Shown here in pieces: positions 1 to 9,587 of a stretch of DNA of 64,000 nt. Made by a program: the position numbers and the translations under genes. Position 1 is the stretch's first letter. Each line of letters begins with the position of its first letter. The notes beneath the pieces are model-generated. The model saw only the letters and a program-made list of their open reading frames with translations, ran no database searches and was not told the DNA's origin. This stretch comes from Candidatus Moraniibacteriota bacterium (GTDB taxonomy: Bacteria; Patescibacteriota; Minisyncoccia; Moranbacterales; JAPLXC01): the NCBI GenBank assembly GCA_026396275.1, contig JAPLXC010000019.1, positions 355 through 64,354 on the forward strand, written 5' to 3'.

Positions 1-1
1 T

Positions 2-502
2 AAAAACGAGTGTCAGGTTGTTTATATTTTGTCTCGAATTAGAAAAATTTTAGAAATTAAAAATCAGAAAGATAAATACGAACTTCTTAATTTTTATTGT
101 AACTGGTCATTGCATGTTAATTTGAAATATAAAAATACAACGCAATTTATATCAAAAATGTTCGATCAATATATTGAATTTACGAAAAGTGAGAAGGATA
201 TTGCTCGCGAAATGAAATCTAATCATGCCGATTTTTTTAAGCTCAATGATTTAAAAAACGAGCTAAGGAAATTTTTTGAAGTCCATGATTTGCCATTAAA
301 CTTAGTAGATAAAAACAAATATTGGATTACTTTTATAAAGTTGCTTCTGGAAATAATTGAAGAATGTCCAGTTATTTGTATTAAAAGTTCAAAGAAAATA
401 GAAAGATTGACCCTGATAAAAAATAAAAAAGGAGATTATTGTTATAAATTTAATTTGATTAATTTAAGGCATAAACCAATCATAAAATTAAAGTTCAAAT
501 AA
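2..502 (+). CDS. Hypothetical protein, AT-rich, 5'-truncated by the window edge
   Basis: The frame is open from position 2 (KNECQVVYILSRIRK...) to TAA at 502. Very AT-rich; no family recognised. Confidence 0.7.
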   Translation, partial: KNECQVVYILSRIRKILEIKNQKDKYELLNFYCNWSLHVNLKYKNTTQFISKMFDQYIEFTKSEKDIAREMKSNHADFFKLNDLKNELRKFFEVHDLPLNLVDKNKYWITFIKLLLEIIEECPVICIKSSKKIERLTLIKNKKGDYCYKFNLINLRHKPIIKLKFK

Positions 503-605
503 AATAATATCTAAAAAAATTTTTAGGCAGCGTGCCAGCCTTGTTGGCACAAAATCCGGTGGGGGAAAATATCTTTTCTAAAAAAGTTATTGCTAAATAA
601 AATTT

Positions 606-1376
606 ATGGATCCATTATCAATTTTGTCTGCAGTTCCAACTATCTGGGATTTTTTTAGACGATTACTAAAAGCGTTACCTAAGGCGATTACCTCCCATAG
701 TCTTAAAAAGTTTTTTGGTAAGCATTTTTTTGATAATAAAAAAATCTATCTGGTACTTGATACATACAGAGATTCACGACCCAGAACAGACAATCGTTAT
801 TATAAGGATTACCCGAATAGAGGAAAAGGACGACAGCCTCTTATAGGTGGTGATATAATTTATGGAACATTTGCTCCCAAATTCGTATCTTTATTTGAGT
901 CAAAATTTTCTGATTTCCGCAAGGGTCAATTTAATGTTGTGATAGACGAAGAGGTAGACACGGTTATGGATGCTACACTAGTTTGTTATGGGAGTTCAGA
1001 TTCAAATCTTAAAACATTTGATATTGAAAAAGAGTATGGCGGGAAATATTACGAATTCGTTTTTGGGAATAATAGACGGAGAGCTTTTAAAATGAAAGGT
1101 AGAATTTTTGAATTTAAACAAGGTACTCCCGCTAAAGATAGAGCAGTATTGCTAAAGATAAAGAATCCAAACGATAAAGAACATTCCTTAATTGTTTGCG
1201 CTGGACTTTCTGAATGGGGATCTCTTGCGGCTGCATACTATTTAGTTAATAATTGGCGAACGCTTTATAAGGATTACAAACAGAAAAACTTCTGCTTACT
1301 TTTTGAGATTACCTATGGTCAATTCGAAAATGCAAATGTTTTAGAAAGAATTACAGAGGAAGATATTGATAAATGA
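606..1376 (+). CDS. Hypothetical protein, AT-rich accessory gene (256 aa)
   Basis: Long ATG-initiated ORF with no competing ORF; family not recognised. Confidence 0.75.
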   Translation: MDPLSILSAVPTIWDFFRRLLKALPKAITSHSLKKFFGKHFFDNKKIYLVLDTYRDSRPRTDNRYYKDYPNRGKGRQPLIGGDIIYGTFAPKFVSLFESKFSDFRKGQFNVVIDEEVDTVMDATLVCYGSSDSNLKTFDIEKEYGGKYYEFVFGNNRRRAFKMKGRIFEFKQGTPAKDRAVLLKIKNPNDKEHSLIVCAGLSEWGSLAAAYYLVNNWRTLYKDYKQKNFCLLFEITYGQFENANVLERITEEDIDK

Positions 1377-1377
1377 A

Positions 1378-1408
1378 ATCACTTGAGGACTGTCCTCGCC
1401 TCGGCCAT
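1378..1408. repeat. 31-bp direct repeat, copy 1, with palindromic core GAGGACnGTCCTC
   Basis: ATCACTTGAGGACTGTCCTCGCCTCGGCCAT; 28/31 identical to 2237-2267. Confidence 0.9.
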
Positions 1409-1430
1409 TTTATAAAAAAATGTTATAAAG

Positions 1431-2201
1431 ATGAAACAACTAGAATTTGAAGGAGAATTAAAATGGATTTCTCCGAACAAAATTATCAAAGAGGGTGGCT
1501 ATAATGTGGATAATGAAGTGGCTAGTTTTTTTATAGGATTCGGGGTTATTTTTAATGACCTAAAAGATCTAATTTTATTTGAACAATTGCTCATTAATAA
1601 TTATCGTAAACCGAAGGAAAAAAAGGCGTCTGTTCACTCAGGAAGTTATAATGGAATAATTGTTCATATAAACAAATTAATAGCCAGTACTATTCATGAA
1701 TTTTTTAAATTTTTGAATAAAAATAAAAAAATTTTAGGCACAAGAGAGTTTAACGAAATATTAAATAAGCTTCCCGCAGAAGAAAAAATAATATGGAATG
1801 GACTTGTTGCTGCCTCTCAGGGTAATTTGTTAAAGGCCTTAAATTTTTTAAAAACTATCGTCCGTATTAGAAGTAATATAGCTTTTCATTATGATCATTC
1901 TGGAAAAATTTTAAAAAGAGGATATAAAAGTCGATTTTTTGGTGAATATAAAGATGATAGTAATAAATGTGCTTATTATTCTATAGGGGATAAAATCGAA
2001 CTTACTAGATTTTTCTTTGCTGACGCGGTTGTTGAAGAATCTCTATTTATCGAAGCAGGAAAGGAAGAGAAAAAGAAGTTTATAGAGGATATGAGCTTGA
2101 TAAAATATCAAGCTCAATTAAGAGAGACTGTTAATGTTGTAACTAAAATTATAAAGCTTTTGTTGAAAAATTTTTTACAATCACGGCGTAACCGTCCGTG
2201 A
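1431..2201 (+). CDS. Hypothetical protein, possible HEPN-superfamily RNase
   Basis: Helical-looking AT-rich ORF with RSNIAFH (Rx5H) motif; HEPN assignment rests on the motif only. Confidence 0.6.
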   Translation: MKQLEFEGELKWISPNKIIKEGGYNVDNEVASFFIGFGVIFNDLKDLILFEQLLINNYRKPKEKKASVHSGSYNGIIVHINKLIASTIHEFFKFLNKNKKILGTREFNEILNKLPAEEKIIWNGLVAASQGNLLKALNFLKTIVRIRSNIAFHYDHSGKILKRGYKSRFFGEYKDDSNKCAYYSIGDKIELTRFFFADAVVEESLFIEAGKEEKKKFIEDMSLIKYQAQLRETVNVVTKIIKLLLKNFLQSRRNRP

Positions 2202-2236
2202 TTACGTAATTAATTACCCCGTAAAATCCGCGGCGG

Positions 2237-2267
2237 ATCACTCGAGGACCGTCCTCGCTTCGGCCAT
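2237..2267. repeat. 31-bp direct repeat, copy 2
   Basis: ATCACTCGAGGACCGTCCTCGCTTCGGCCAT. Confidence 0.9.
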
Positions 2268-2278
2268 CAAATCTAATA

Positions 2279-2307
2279 GTTGCTATGGATTGCGTACGCA
2301 ATTTATA
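2279..2307. repeat. ATTGCGTACGCAAT-core palindrome, copy 1
   Basis: 29 bp identical to the reverse complement of 37649-37677. Confidence 0.9.
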
Positions 2308-2402
2308 AGAGTCATTAAGTTTTTTATCTACGTAGATACCTATGTAGATCCGAAACTTGGCCGGCCCCGGGAGAGCTGGGTTTTTTTGGTTTCTTTAAGC
2401 CC

Positions 2403-2430
2403 TTGACAAAACGCCTAATTTGACTATAAT
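2403..2430 (+). promoter_or_regulatory. Sigma70-type promoter upstream of rnpB
   Basis: TTGACA-N16-TATAAT. Confidence 0.7.
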
Positions 2431-2478
2431 ATTGATGTTTTGAATGGAATTGGTATAATAATAGCGTGTTCTTTTTAG

Positions 2479-3034
2479 GTCTAATACTCATCAAGGCAAG
2501 CTGGGCAATTACTCTTCTGCAGGGTTCTGCAGCGGGGAGGAAAGTCCGGACATTCGGTCCCGCTTTGGCGGGACAAGGGTAGCGGGTAACGCCCGTCTAG
2601 AGTAATCTAAGAGGTGCGAGCAGAAACGCCGCGTGGCGAAAGCTTTACGCGGGGACCCCATCCCAAGCTAGGTGGTCCAACTCCGCTATAGGGATAAAAA
2701 GGCGGAGATGAAACGGCTAAATCCTTACCTGAATGCAAGGTCGTACTGCCAATGCTTTGCGTTGGCTTTGTGCCGCTAGAGCTCCGCAGTAATGCGGAGT
2801 CGAGATTAATGATTGCCACCGATGTGTTCACCTTGATGTCACCCCAGCACCTTTTCCGGGTATAAATTTACCTATAATGGAAACTTGTTTCACGGAACGG
2901 CTTCGCCTGAACAGGAAATGATATGAAATTTGTACTTAGAAAAGGTGCGGGGTGCTCAATGTGTTACCGAAATTAAAATTTCGAACACATTGGCACAGAA
3001 TCCGGCTTATGGCTTGTCTTGATAAGTATTGGAC
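2479..3034 (+). ncRNA. rnpB: RNase P RNA, unusually long (about 555 nt)
   Basis: Conserved blocks GAGGAAAGTCCGGAC, GCAGAAAC, GATGAAACGGCTAAATCC, GCAAG, GCCGCTAGAG, AGATTAATGATTGCC and ACAGAATCCGGCTTA. The 5' end 2479-2501 pairs with the 3' end 3012-3034 (extended P1). Confidence 0.95.
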
Positions 3035-3041
3035 TTAATTT

Positions 3042-4454
3042 ATGAAAAAGTCAGAATTATTTTTTAGCGCGTTTCAGGTGCCAGTGGACTTTGCAATGAT
3101 TATTCTGGCGGCAATCACCGCTTTTGCCATCCGCGACATTCCCCAGATTTTGGCGCTCAAACCCAAACTGTATAATTTTCCCTTTGAGAGCTACGTTGAA
3201 ATTGCACTTTTAGTAGCTCCTTTTTTTATTCTTATTTACGCCTTGGAAGGGCTTTATGACATCCGGTCAACCAGGAAAATTTGGAAAGAAATAGTAAAGG
3301 TCTTCGTAGCCACTTCAATCGGCCTGGTCATAATTATTGTTGCCATATTTCTTAAGCGCGAATGGTTTTCTTCGCGTTTTATAATTTTAGCCGGCTGGTT
3401 TTTTATGGTCGTTTATGTCGTGATAGCCAGATTTATTCTCCAAAATATCCAGAAGGTGCTTTTGGTTAAAAAAGGAATTGGCATCCACCGGGTGCTTCTC
3501 ATTGGCCGCAACGGTAAAATTGATGAAATTGGCAGAGTGATAAAGGAAAAGCCAAAGCTGGGTTATAAAATTGTCGGGCAGATTGATACCGGAAGCGTGA
3601 AGGCGGTGAAGCAAATTCGCGGGGCTGAGGGAGTAGATGAAATTATCGTCTGCGATCCGACGCTTACCGATGCCGAGCAGGAAAAATTGGTTGATTATTG
3701 CGCGATCAATAACGTTTCCTATAAATTTATTCCCACTACTCTCCAGACATCTCAGCTGGAAATCGGGATGCTGGACGGCGAGCCCATTATTGAGGTTCAG
3801 CATACTCCTTTGGAAGGGTGGGGAAGGATACTCAAAAGAATCTTTGACATTGCGGGATCAGCCGCACTGATTATTATTTTCTCTCCGGTTATGATTGTTA
3901 CGGCCATAATTATTTGGCTTGAGGGAGAGGGGCCGATTATTTATAAGAACGAACGGATAGGAAACGACGGGAAAAAATTTTACGCCTGCAAATTCCGCTA
4001 TATGAAATGGCGTTACAGCATCCATCGTGACAATCCGAATTTAAAAGAAGCGCTTGAATACGAACAAGAACTAATCAGGGAACGGAGCGTCCGCCAGGGA
4101 CCCCTTTATAAAATCAAAAACGACCCTCGCAAGACCACTTTTGGAAAATTTATTGAAAAGTATTCTATTGACGAACTCCCGCAATTTTTTAATGTATTAA
4201 AAGGCGACATGAGCTTGGTTGGGCCGCGCCCCCATCAGGAAAGGGAAGTGGAAAAATACCGCGAATATCACCGCCGGCTGCTCACCATCAAACCGGGGAT
4301 AACCGGCATGGCGCAAGTGGCGGGCCGGTCCGATCTTGATTTCGAGGACGAATATAAAATGGATGTCTATTACATTGAAAACTGGTCGCTGTGGCTGGAT
4401 ATCCAGCTTTGCCTGAAAACCGTCGGAGTGATTTTCAGAAGGAGGAAAAATTGA
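3042..4454 (+). CDS. Polyprenyl glycosylphosphotransferase (WcaJ/CpsE-like sugar transferase)
   Basis: Four N-terminal TM helices and a Rossmann-like domain. Motifs KRIFDI, KFRYM, NDPR, SIDELPQFFNVLKGDMSLVGPRP, KPGITGMAQV, YYIENWSLWLD. Confidence 0.95.
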   Translation: MKKSELFFSAFQVPVDFAMIILAAITAFAIRDIPQILALKPKLYNFPFESYVEIALLVAPFFILIYALEGLYDIRSTRKIWKEIVKVFVATSIGLVIIIVAIFLKREWFSSRFIILAGWFFMVVYVVIARFILQNIQKVLLVKKGIGIHRVLLIGRNGKIDEIGRVIKEKPKLGYKIVGQIDTGSVKAVKQIRGAEGVDEIIVCDPTLTDAEQEKLVDYCAINNVSYKFIPTTLQTSQLEIGMLDGEPIIEVQHTPLEGWGRILKRIFDIAGSAALIIIFSPVMIVTAIIIWLEGEGPIIYKNERIGNDGKKFYACKFRYMKWRYSIHRDNPNLKEALEYEQELIRERSVRQGPLYKIKNDPRKTTFGKFIEKYSIDELPQFFNVLKGDMSLVGPRPHQEREVEKYREYHRRLLTIKPGITGMAQVAGRSDLDFEDEYKMDVYYIENWSLWLDIQLCLKTVGVIFRRRKN

Positions 4455-4456
4455 AG

Positions 4457-4485
4457 TTGACAATTTTCAAAAGATTAGTTATAAT
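4457..4485 (+). promoter_or_regulatory. Consensus sigma70 promoter for khpA
   Basis: TTGACA-N17-TATAAT, perfect consensus. Confidence 0.85.
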
Positions 4486-4569
4486 AGGCGATGAGAGATT
4501 GCGAAAAGGAAGGTTTAGTCAACCTTTCGGTCATTCCACTCTCCGTAATCAGTAATAATCAGTACTAAT

Positions 4570-4899
4570 ATGGCGAAAGAGAGCTATACTGATCAGGAAT
4601 TCCTTGAGTACACCGTGAAGTTGCTCGTGGACACTCCTGACGCAGTAAAAGTCGAAAGAAAGATTGATGAAATGGGAGTACTCATCACACTCCAGGTCGA
4701 TCCCAAGGACATGGGTATGGTCATCGGTCGAGAAGGTGCGACCGCCAAGGCCCTGCGAACAATCCTCCGAGTTATCGGCGCAAGAAACAATGCCCGTGTT
4801 AACCTCAAGATCAATGAGCCGGAAGGATCCGAGCGACCTAATCGCAGTCAAGAAGGAAGAAAAAGCATAGAAGATGTGGTCGGAGACATAAAGATTTAA
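4570..4899 (+). CDS. khpA: KH-domain RNA-binding protein KhpA (YlqC)
   Basis: DMGMVIGREGATAKALRTIL KH motif; adjacent to trmD. Confidence 0.93.
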   Translation: MAKESYTDQEFLEYTVKLLVDTPDAVKVERKIDEMGVLITLQVDPKDMGMVIGREGATAKALRTILRVIGARNNARVNLKINEPEGSERPNRSQEGRKSIEDVVGDIKI

Positions 4900-4925
4900 A
4901 ATGCTTTGAATCATTTTCTTTTAGC

Positions 4926-4951
4926 AAAAAAGCCACAACCGTGGCTTTTTT
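4926..4951 (+). terminator. Intrinsic terminator after khpA
   Basis: AAAAAAGCCAC-AACC-GTGGCTTTTTT. Confidence 0.8.
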
Positions 4952-4981
4952 GTTTCGGGAAAGCGTGATATTATTAGGAAT

Positions 4982-5662
4982 ATGAAAGTAAAATTTCACA
5001 TAATTACCCTGTTTCCTCAAATGTTTGAAGGGTATTTTTCCCATTCGATTTTGAAAAAAGCCGAGAAAAAAGGCCTTATTGACGTTAAGGTTTATAACCT
5101 GCGCGATTACACTGCCGACAAACACCGCACAGCCGACGATACGCCGTACGGCGGGGGAGCCGGGATGGTGTTGAAAATTGAACCGATTTATAGATGCGTG
5201 CAAGATTTAAAATCAAAAATCAAAAATCAAAAATCAAAATTAAGGATAGCTTTGTTCTCTGCTAAGGGAAAGAAATATACACAAAAGGAAGCTGAAAGAT
5301 TGGTAAAGTATAATGACCTAATACTGATTTGCGGCAGGTATGAAGGAGTAGATGAGCGGGTAGCCAAATACATTGCTGATGAGGAAATTTCAATTGGCGA
5401 TTATGTATTGACTGGAGGAGAAATCCCAGCGATGATTTTGGTTGATTCAATAGCCCGCCTAATACCCGGGGTCTTAAGCAATACAGAAAGCTTGAAAAGC
5501 GAGTCGCACAGTAACGAGGGATACCTGGAATATCCACAATACACCAAGCCCGAAAATTTTCGCGGCTGGAAGGTGCCGAAAATTTTGCTAAGCGGAAATC
5601 ATAAGAGGATCGAGGAATGGAGAATTAAAAGTTCAAAAATTAAAATTCAAAAATCAAAATGA
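4982..5662 (+). CDS. trmD: tRNA (guanine-N1)-methyltransferase
   Basis: [48 protein letters not shown]. Confidence 0.98.
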   Translation: MKVKFHIITLFPQMFEGYFSHSILKKAEKKGLIDVKVYNLRDYTADKHRTADDTPYGGGAGMVLKIEPIYRCVQDLKSKIKNQKSKLRIALFSAKGKKYTQKEAERLVKYNDLILICGRYEGVDERVAKYIADEEISIGDYVLTGGEIPAMILVDSIARLIPGVLSNTESLKSESHSNEGYLEYPQYTKPENFRGWKVPKILLSGNHKRIEEWRIKSSKIKIQKSK

Positions 5663-5741
5663 CATATCAAAGTGTAAAAAGAATAAAATCATTTTTTATT
5701 TTACATTGTCATTTTGCATTTTGATATTTACATTTTGCATT
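5625..5741. repeat. Bipartite heptamer-periodic inverted repeat (TCAAAAA-type left arm, ATTTTGC/ATTTTGA-type right arm)
   Basis: aaaattcaaaaatcaaaatgac...gtcattttgcattttgatatttacattttgc; overlaps the trmD stop. Same architecture at 21312-21412. Confidence 0.75.
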
Positions 5742-5742
5742 A

Positions 5743-6855
5743 ATGGTCATGTCTCAAAATCAGCCCGACAAAAAACTGCTTTTCACCGTCTTTGCACTGA
5801 TAATATTTGGTTTAGTTATGATCGCCAGCGCCGGGGTGGTGTATTCGCAAACCCGCTTTGGCGACCAGTATTATTTCTTCAAGCATCAGCTTTTTTTTGG
5901 CGTTATTCCCGGACTGGTGGCGCTTTATATTTTCCAGAAAATTGACTATCATTTTTGGAAAAAGATGGCAACGCCCTTTTTCATTCTTTCCCTGGTCTTG
6001 CTGGTCTTAGTGTTTGTTCCCGGCATTGGAGCCAAGGCCTACGGCGCCAGCCGCTGGATTCAATTAGGTTCATTTTCCTTTCAGCCGGCAGAGATGATGA
6101 AATTGGCAATCGTGCTTTACTTGGCGGCCTGGCTGGAAAGCCGCGGATGGAGAAAGGCAAGGGATTTTTTTGAAGGTCTTCTGCCCTTTTTGGTTATCAT
6201 GGGTGCTGTGGGCTTTCTGATTATTAAACAGCCAAATATAGGCACATTGGGAGTAATTATCCTGACTTCCCTTACTATTTATTTCATTGCCGGAGCGCGG
6301 CTCTCTCATATGATCTCTCTAATTTCCGCCGGGGTGCTGCTTTTGGTAGTTCTTGTTAAAATAGCGCCTTATCGTTTTAGCCGCTTTCTTGTCTTTCTCA
6401 ATCCCCAGCTTGATCCCCGAGGAATCGGATATCAGATCAATCAGGCGCTTTTAGCCATTGGCTCGGGAGGGATTTTTGGACTAGGACTGGGACATAGCCG
6501 CCAAAAGTTTAATTATCTTCCCGAGCCAACTGGGGATTCAATTTTTGCTATAATAGGAGAAGAGTTAGGCATTATTGGAGCGGGTCTAATTATCCTCCTT
6601 TTTGTTGCTCTGGCTTTTCGGGGATTAAAGATTGCCGCCAGTGCTCCTGATAATTTTGGAAGGTTAGCAGCCGGCGGAGTTACTGCTTGGATTGTTATTC
6701 AGGCCTTTGTTAACATTTCAGCCATCACGGGAATTATTCCGCTTACGGGCATTCCGTTGCCGTTTATCAGCTACGGCGGAACCTCACTGATGTTCGTAAT
6801 GGCAGGGGTCGGGATATTGCTTAATATTTCAAAACAAGCAAAAATGGAATCATAA
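5743..6855 (+). CDS. ftsW: Peptidoglycan glycosyltransferase FtsW (SEDS family)
   Basis: GASRWI, FQPAE, GYQINQALLAIGSGG, YLPEPTGDSIFAIIGEE, PLTGIPLPFISYGGTS; precedes murG. Confidence 0.96.
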   Translation: MVMSQNQPDKKLLFTVFALIIFGLVMIASAGVVYSQTRFGDQYYFFKHQLFFGVIPGLVALYIFQKIDYHFWKKMATPFFILSLVLLVLVFVPGIGAKAYGASRWIQLGSFSFQPAEMMKLAIVLYLAAWLESRGWRKARDFFEGLLPFLVIMGAVGFLIIKQPNIGTLGVIILTSLTIYFIAGARLSHMISLISAGVLLLVVLVKIAPYRFSRFLVFLNPQLDPRGIGYQINQALLAIGSGGIFGLGLGHSRQKFNYLPEPTGDSIFAIIGEELGIIGAGLIILLFVALAFRGLKIAASAPDNFGRLAAGGVTAWIVIQAFVNISAITGIIPLTGIPLPFISYGGTSLMFVMAGVGILLNISKQAKMES

Positions 6856-6921
6856 GTCATGAGTTATGAATTATGGACAGGGAGAAATATTCCTAATTCA
6901 TAATTCCTAATTCATAATTCA
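6848..6921. repeat. Bipartite heptamer inverted repeat (GAATTAT-type / ATAATTC-type)
   Basis: gaatcataagtcatgagttatgaattatg...cctaattcataattcctaattcataattc. Confidence 0.8.
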
Positions 6922-6928
6922 AAAATAT

Positions 6929-8035
6929 ATGCGTATTGTTCTAACCGGCGGCGGAACAGGCGGGCACATATTTCCTCTTGTTGCCGTAGCCCAAGAGTTA
7001 AGAAAAAAACTGAGGGAAGAAGCAGAGATTCTCTACGTGGGGTCGCGGGGAGAATTGGAAAAGGAGGTTATGGTCAAAGAAGGGATCCCGGCCAAGCACG
7101 TTTTGAGCGGCAAAAAGCGGCGTTATTTTTCGCTGCAGAACTTTTTGGATTTTTTTAAAATCCCCCTTGGATTTATTCAGTCGCTCTGGATACTTCTTTG
7201 GTATATGCCGGATGTAGTTTTTTCCAAAGGAGGATATGCGTCTATTCCAGTAGTGCTGGCGGCCTGGCTCTACCGCATTCCGGTAATGATTCACGAGTCC
7301 GACGCGGTTCCCGGAACCGCTAATCAGATACTGGCCAAATTTTCCCAGCGGATAGCCGCGGCCTATCCTTCAGCGGAGCAGTACTTTCCGCACTCCCAAG
7401 TGGTGCTTACCGGCAATCCGGTCCGCTCTGAAGTGTCCAAAGGAAGTGCTCATTCCGCCCGGACGAAATTTGAATTTACTGAATCAAAACCTGTGATATT
7501 GGTAATGGGAGGAAGCCAGGGAGCTCAAATCATCAATCGGGCAATTGTTAAAATTCTTCCGCGTCTTTTGGAGCGCGCTCAAGTTGTTCATCAGACCGGA
7601 GAAAAAAATTATGATGAAGTGGTTCATTTAGCGGCAGAATACGGAATTAAAGCGGGAAGAGAGGGATACGCGCCGGTAAGATTTTTAGGCATAGATGACT
7701 TAAAAAATGTTTACGCGGCAGCCATGCTTGTCGTCAGCCGGGCGGGAGCTAATTCCATCGCTGAAATTGCCGCCAATGGAAAAACGGCTGTTCTTGTTCC
7801 TCTGGAAAATTCTGCCAATGATCATCAGCGAATGAATGCTTATGAAATTGCGCGGATTGGTGGTGCGCTGGTGCTGGAAGAAACTAACTTAGGCGAAAAT
7901 ATTTTACTGGATAAAATAATAATGCTTTTGGACGATGAAGAGTTGCGAGGCGCGATGGGCCAAAAAATTCGCGTTTTCCATCACTCCGATGCGGCGGAAA
8001 AAATCGCGGACGGGTTAATTGAACTAGTTCACTAA
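6929..8035 (+). CDS. murG: Lipid II GlcNAc transferase
   Basis: GGGTGGHIFP, KGGYAS, HESDAVPG, TGNPVR, GGSQGA, SRAGA. Confidence 0.98.
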   Translation: MRIVLTGGGTGGHIFPLVAVAQELRKKLREEAEILYVGSRGELEKEVMVKEGIPAKHVLSGKKRRYFSLQNFLDFFKIPLGFIQSLWILLWYMPDVVFSKGGYASIPVVLAAWLYRIPVMIHESDAVPGTANQILAKFSQRIAAAYPSAEQYFPHSQVVLTGNPVRSEVSKGSAHSARTKFEFTESKPVILVMGGSQGAQIINRAIVKILPRLLERAQVVHQTGEKNYDEVVHLAAEYGIKAGREGYAPVRFLGIDDLKNVYAAAMLVVSRAGANSIAEIAANGKTAVLVPLENSANDHQRMNAYEIARIGGALVLEETNLGENILLDKIIMLLDDEELRGAMGQKIRVFHHSDAAEKIADGLIELVH

Positions 8036-8095
8036 TGAATCGCGAATGGCAAAACAATATTCGCGAATATAGTTTTAACATTTGCGCTGATTCGC

Positions 8096-9490
8096 ATGTT
8101 TAATTTATCAAAAATCAAGAAAGCTTATCTTATCGGCATCAAAGGAGCCGGCATGACCGCCGTGGCGCAGATTTTGAAATCGCGCGGTATTGAAATTTCC
8201 GGTTCGGATACCAGTGAAAAATTTTACACTGATGAAATTTTAAAAAGCAACCGCATCCCTTTTGTGGAAAAATTTTCGGCTGAAAATGTGCCCAGTGATA
8301 ACGATGTTATTATTTACTCCACCGCCTATTTGGAGAAAAATAATCCGGAGATGGCAAGAGCAAAAAAACTGGCTATTCCGCTAGTGAGTTATCCAGAAGT
8401 ATTAGGAATGTTATTTCAAGAGAAAATAGGGATTGCTGTTTGCGGCACTCACGGAAAAACAACAACCACGGCAATGCTTGCTGAATGTCTGCGCCTGGCG
8501 GGGGCAGAGCCAAGCGCCATTGTAGGAAGCAAAGTTATTGGATGGGGAGGAGGAGCGCTTTCCGGAAAAGGCCGGTATTTCGTGGCCGAGGCGGACGAAT
8601 ATCAGAATAAATTCCAGTATTACAATCCTTTTGCGGTAGTGCTCACCAGCGTTGATTGGGATCACCCGGATTTCTTCCCGACATTTACCGAATATAAAAG
8701 CGTTTTTGAAAACTTCGTGGCCAAAATTCCGCGCCACGGATTTTTGGTTTCCTGGGGAGACAGTTCAGATGTTTTAGATATCGTGAAAGAGGCTGAGTGC
8801 CAAGTGTTGAAATACGGATTTAGAGAAGATAATGACATAATTATATCAAATATCAAATATCAAATATCAAAATCCGGACAAAACATTCAAGTTTTTGAAA
8901 TTACTCAAAATGATAATCTGCTGGGAAGTTTTGAAATACAGCTTATTGGGAAACACAACATTCTCAACGCCGCGGCGGCTGTCGCCACTTGCCATAAATT
9001 AAATATTGATATTGATAAAGTACGCAAGGCGCTTAGAAATTTCCAGGGAACGGCGCGGCGTTTTGAGCATATTGGTAAAAAAAACAGCGCGATTTTGATA
9101 GATGATTACGCCCATCATCCGGAGGAAATAAAAGTTACCCTGAAAGCCGCGCGGGAAATTTATCCGGGAAAAAACATCATCACCGTTTTTCATCCTCACA
9201 CATATACGCGCACTAAGGCGCTGCTTTCCGAATTTTCTCAAAGTTTTGATGATGCTAATAAAGTTATAGTCATTGACATTTACGGCAGCGCGCGCGAAAT
9301 TCAGGGAGGAGTTTCCTCAAAAGAGCTGGTTGATCTGATAAATAAATACGATCACGACAAAGCCGAATATATTCCGACGATTAATGAAGTTATTGATAAT
9401 TTAAAAGATGCGCTTGGCGAAAATGATGTTGTGATTTCCATGGGAGCGGGGGATGTTTGGAAGGTAACTTCAGGTTTGCGAACTAACTGA
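8096..9490 (+). CDS. murC: UDP-N-acetylmuramate--L-alanine ligase
   Basis: IGIKGAGM, GTHGKTTT, EADEY, DWDHPD, DDYAHHPEEI, FHPHTYTRT, MGAGD. Confidence 0.97.
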   Translation: MFNLSKIKKAYLIGIKGAGMTAVAQILKSRGIEISGSDTSEKFYTDEILKSNRIPFVEKFSAENVPSDNDVIIYSTAYLEKNNPEMARAKKLAIPLVSYPEVLGMLFQEKIGIAVCGTHGKTTTTAMLAECLRLAGAEPSAIVGSKVIGWGGGALSGKGRYFVAEADEYQNKFQYYNPFAVVLTSVDWDHPDFFPTFTEYKSVFENFVAKIPRHGFLVSWGDSSDVLDIVKEAECQVLKYGFREDNDIIISNIKYQISKSGQNIQVFEITQNDNLLGSFEIQLIGKHNILNAAAAVATCHKLNIDIDKVRKALRNFQGTARRFEHIGKKNSAILIDDYAHHPEEIKVTLKAAREIYPGKNIITVFHPHTYTRTKALLSEFSQSFDDANKVIVIDIYGSAREIQGGVSSKELVDLINKYDHDKAEYIPTINEVIDNLKDALGENDVVISMGAGDVWKVTSGLRTN

Positions 9491-9517
9491 CAGATGTTAA
9501 AACATATCAGCAGGTGT

Positions 9518-9547
9518 TTACTACCGTATAACAGTATACGGTAGTAA
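9518..9547. repeat. Perfect 13-bp-arm palindrome
   Basis: TTACTACCGTATA-ACAG-TATACGGTAGTAA. Confidence 0.85.
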
Positions 9548-9587
9548 GGGTAAATTATTATTTATTGGATCTTCAATTTAATTCGAG

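Noticed and set aside
2607-2831. 74-aa minus-strand ORF
   Set aside because: Lies antisense within RNase P RNA.
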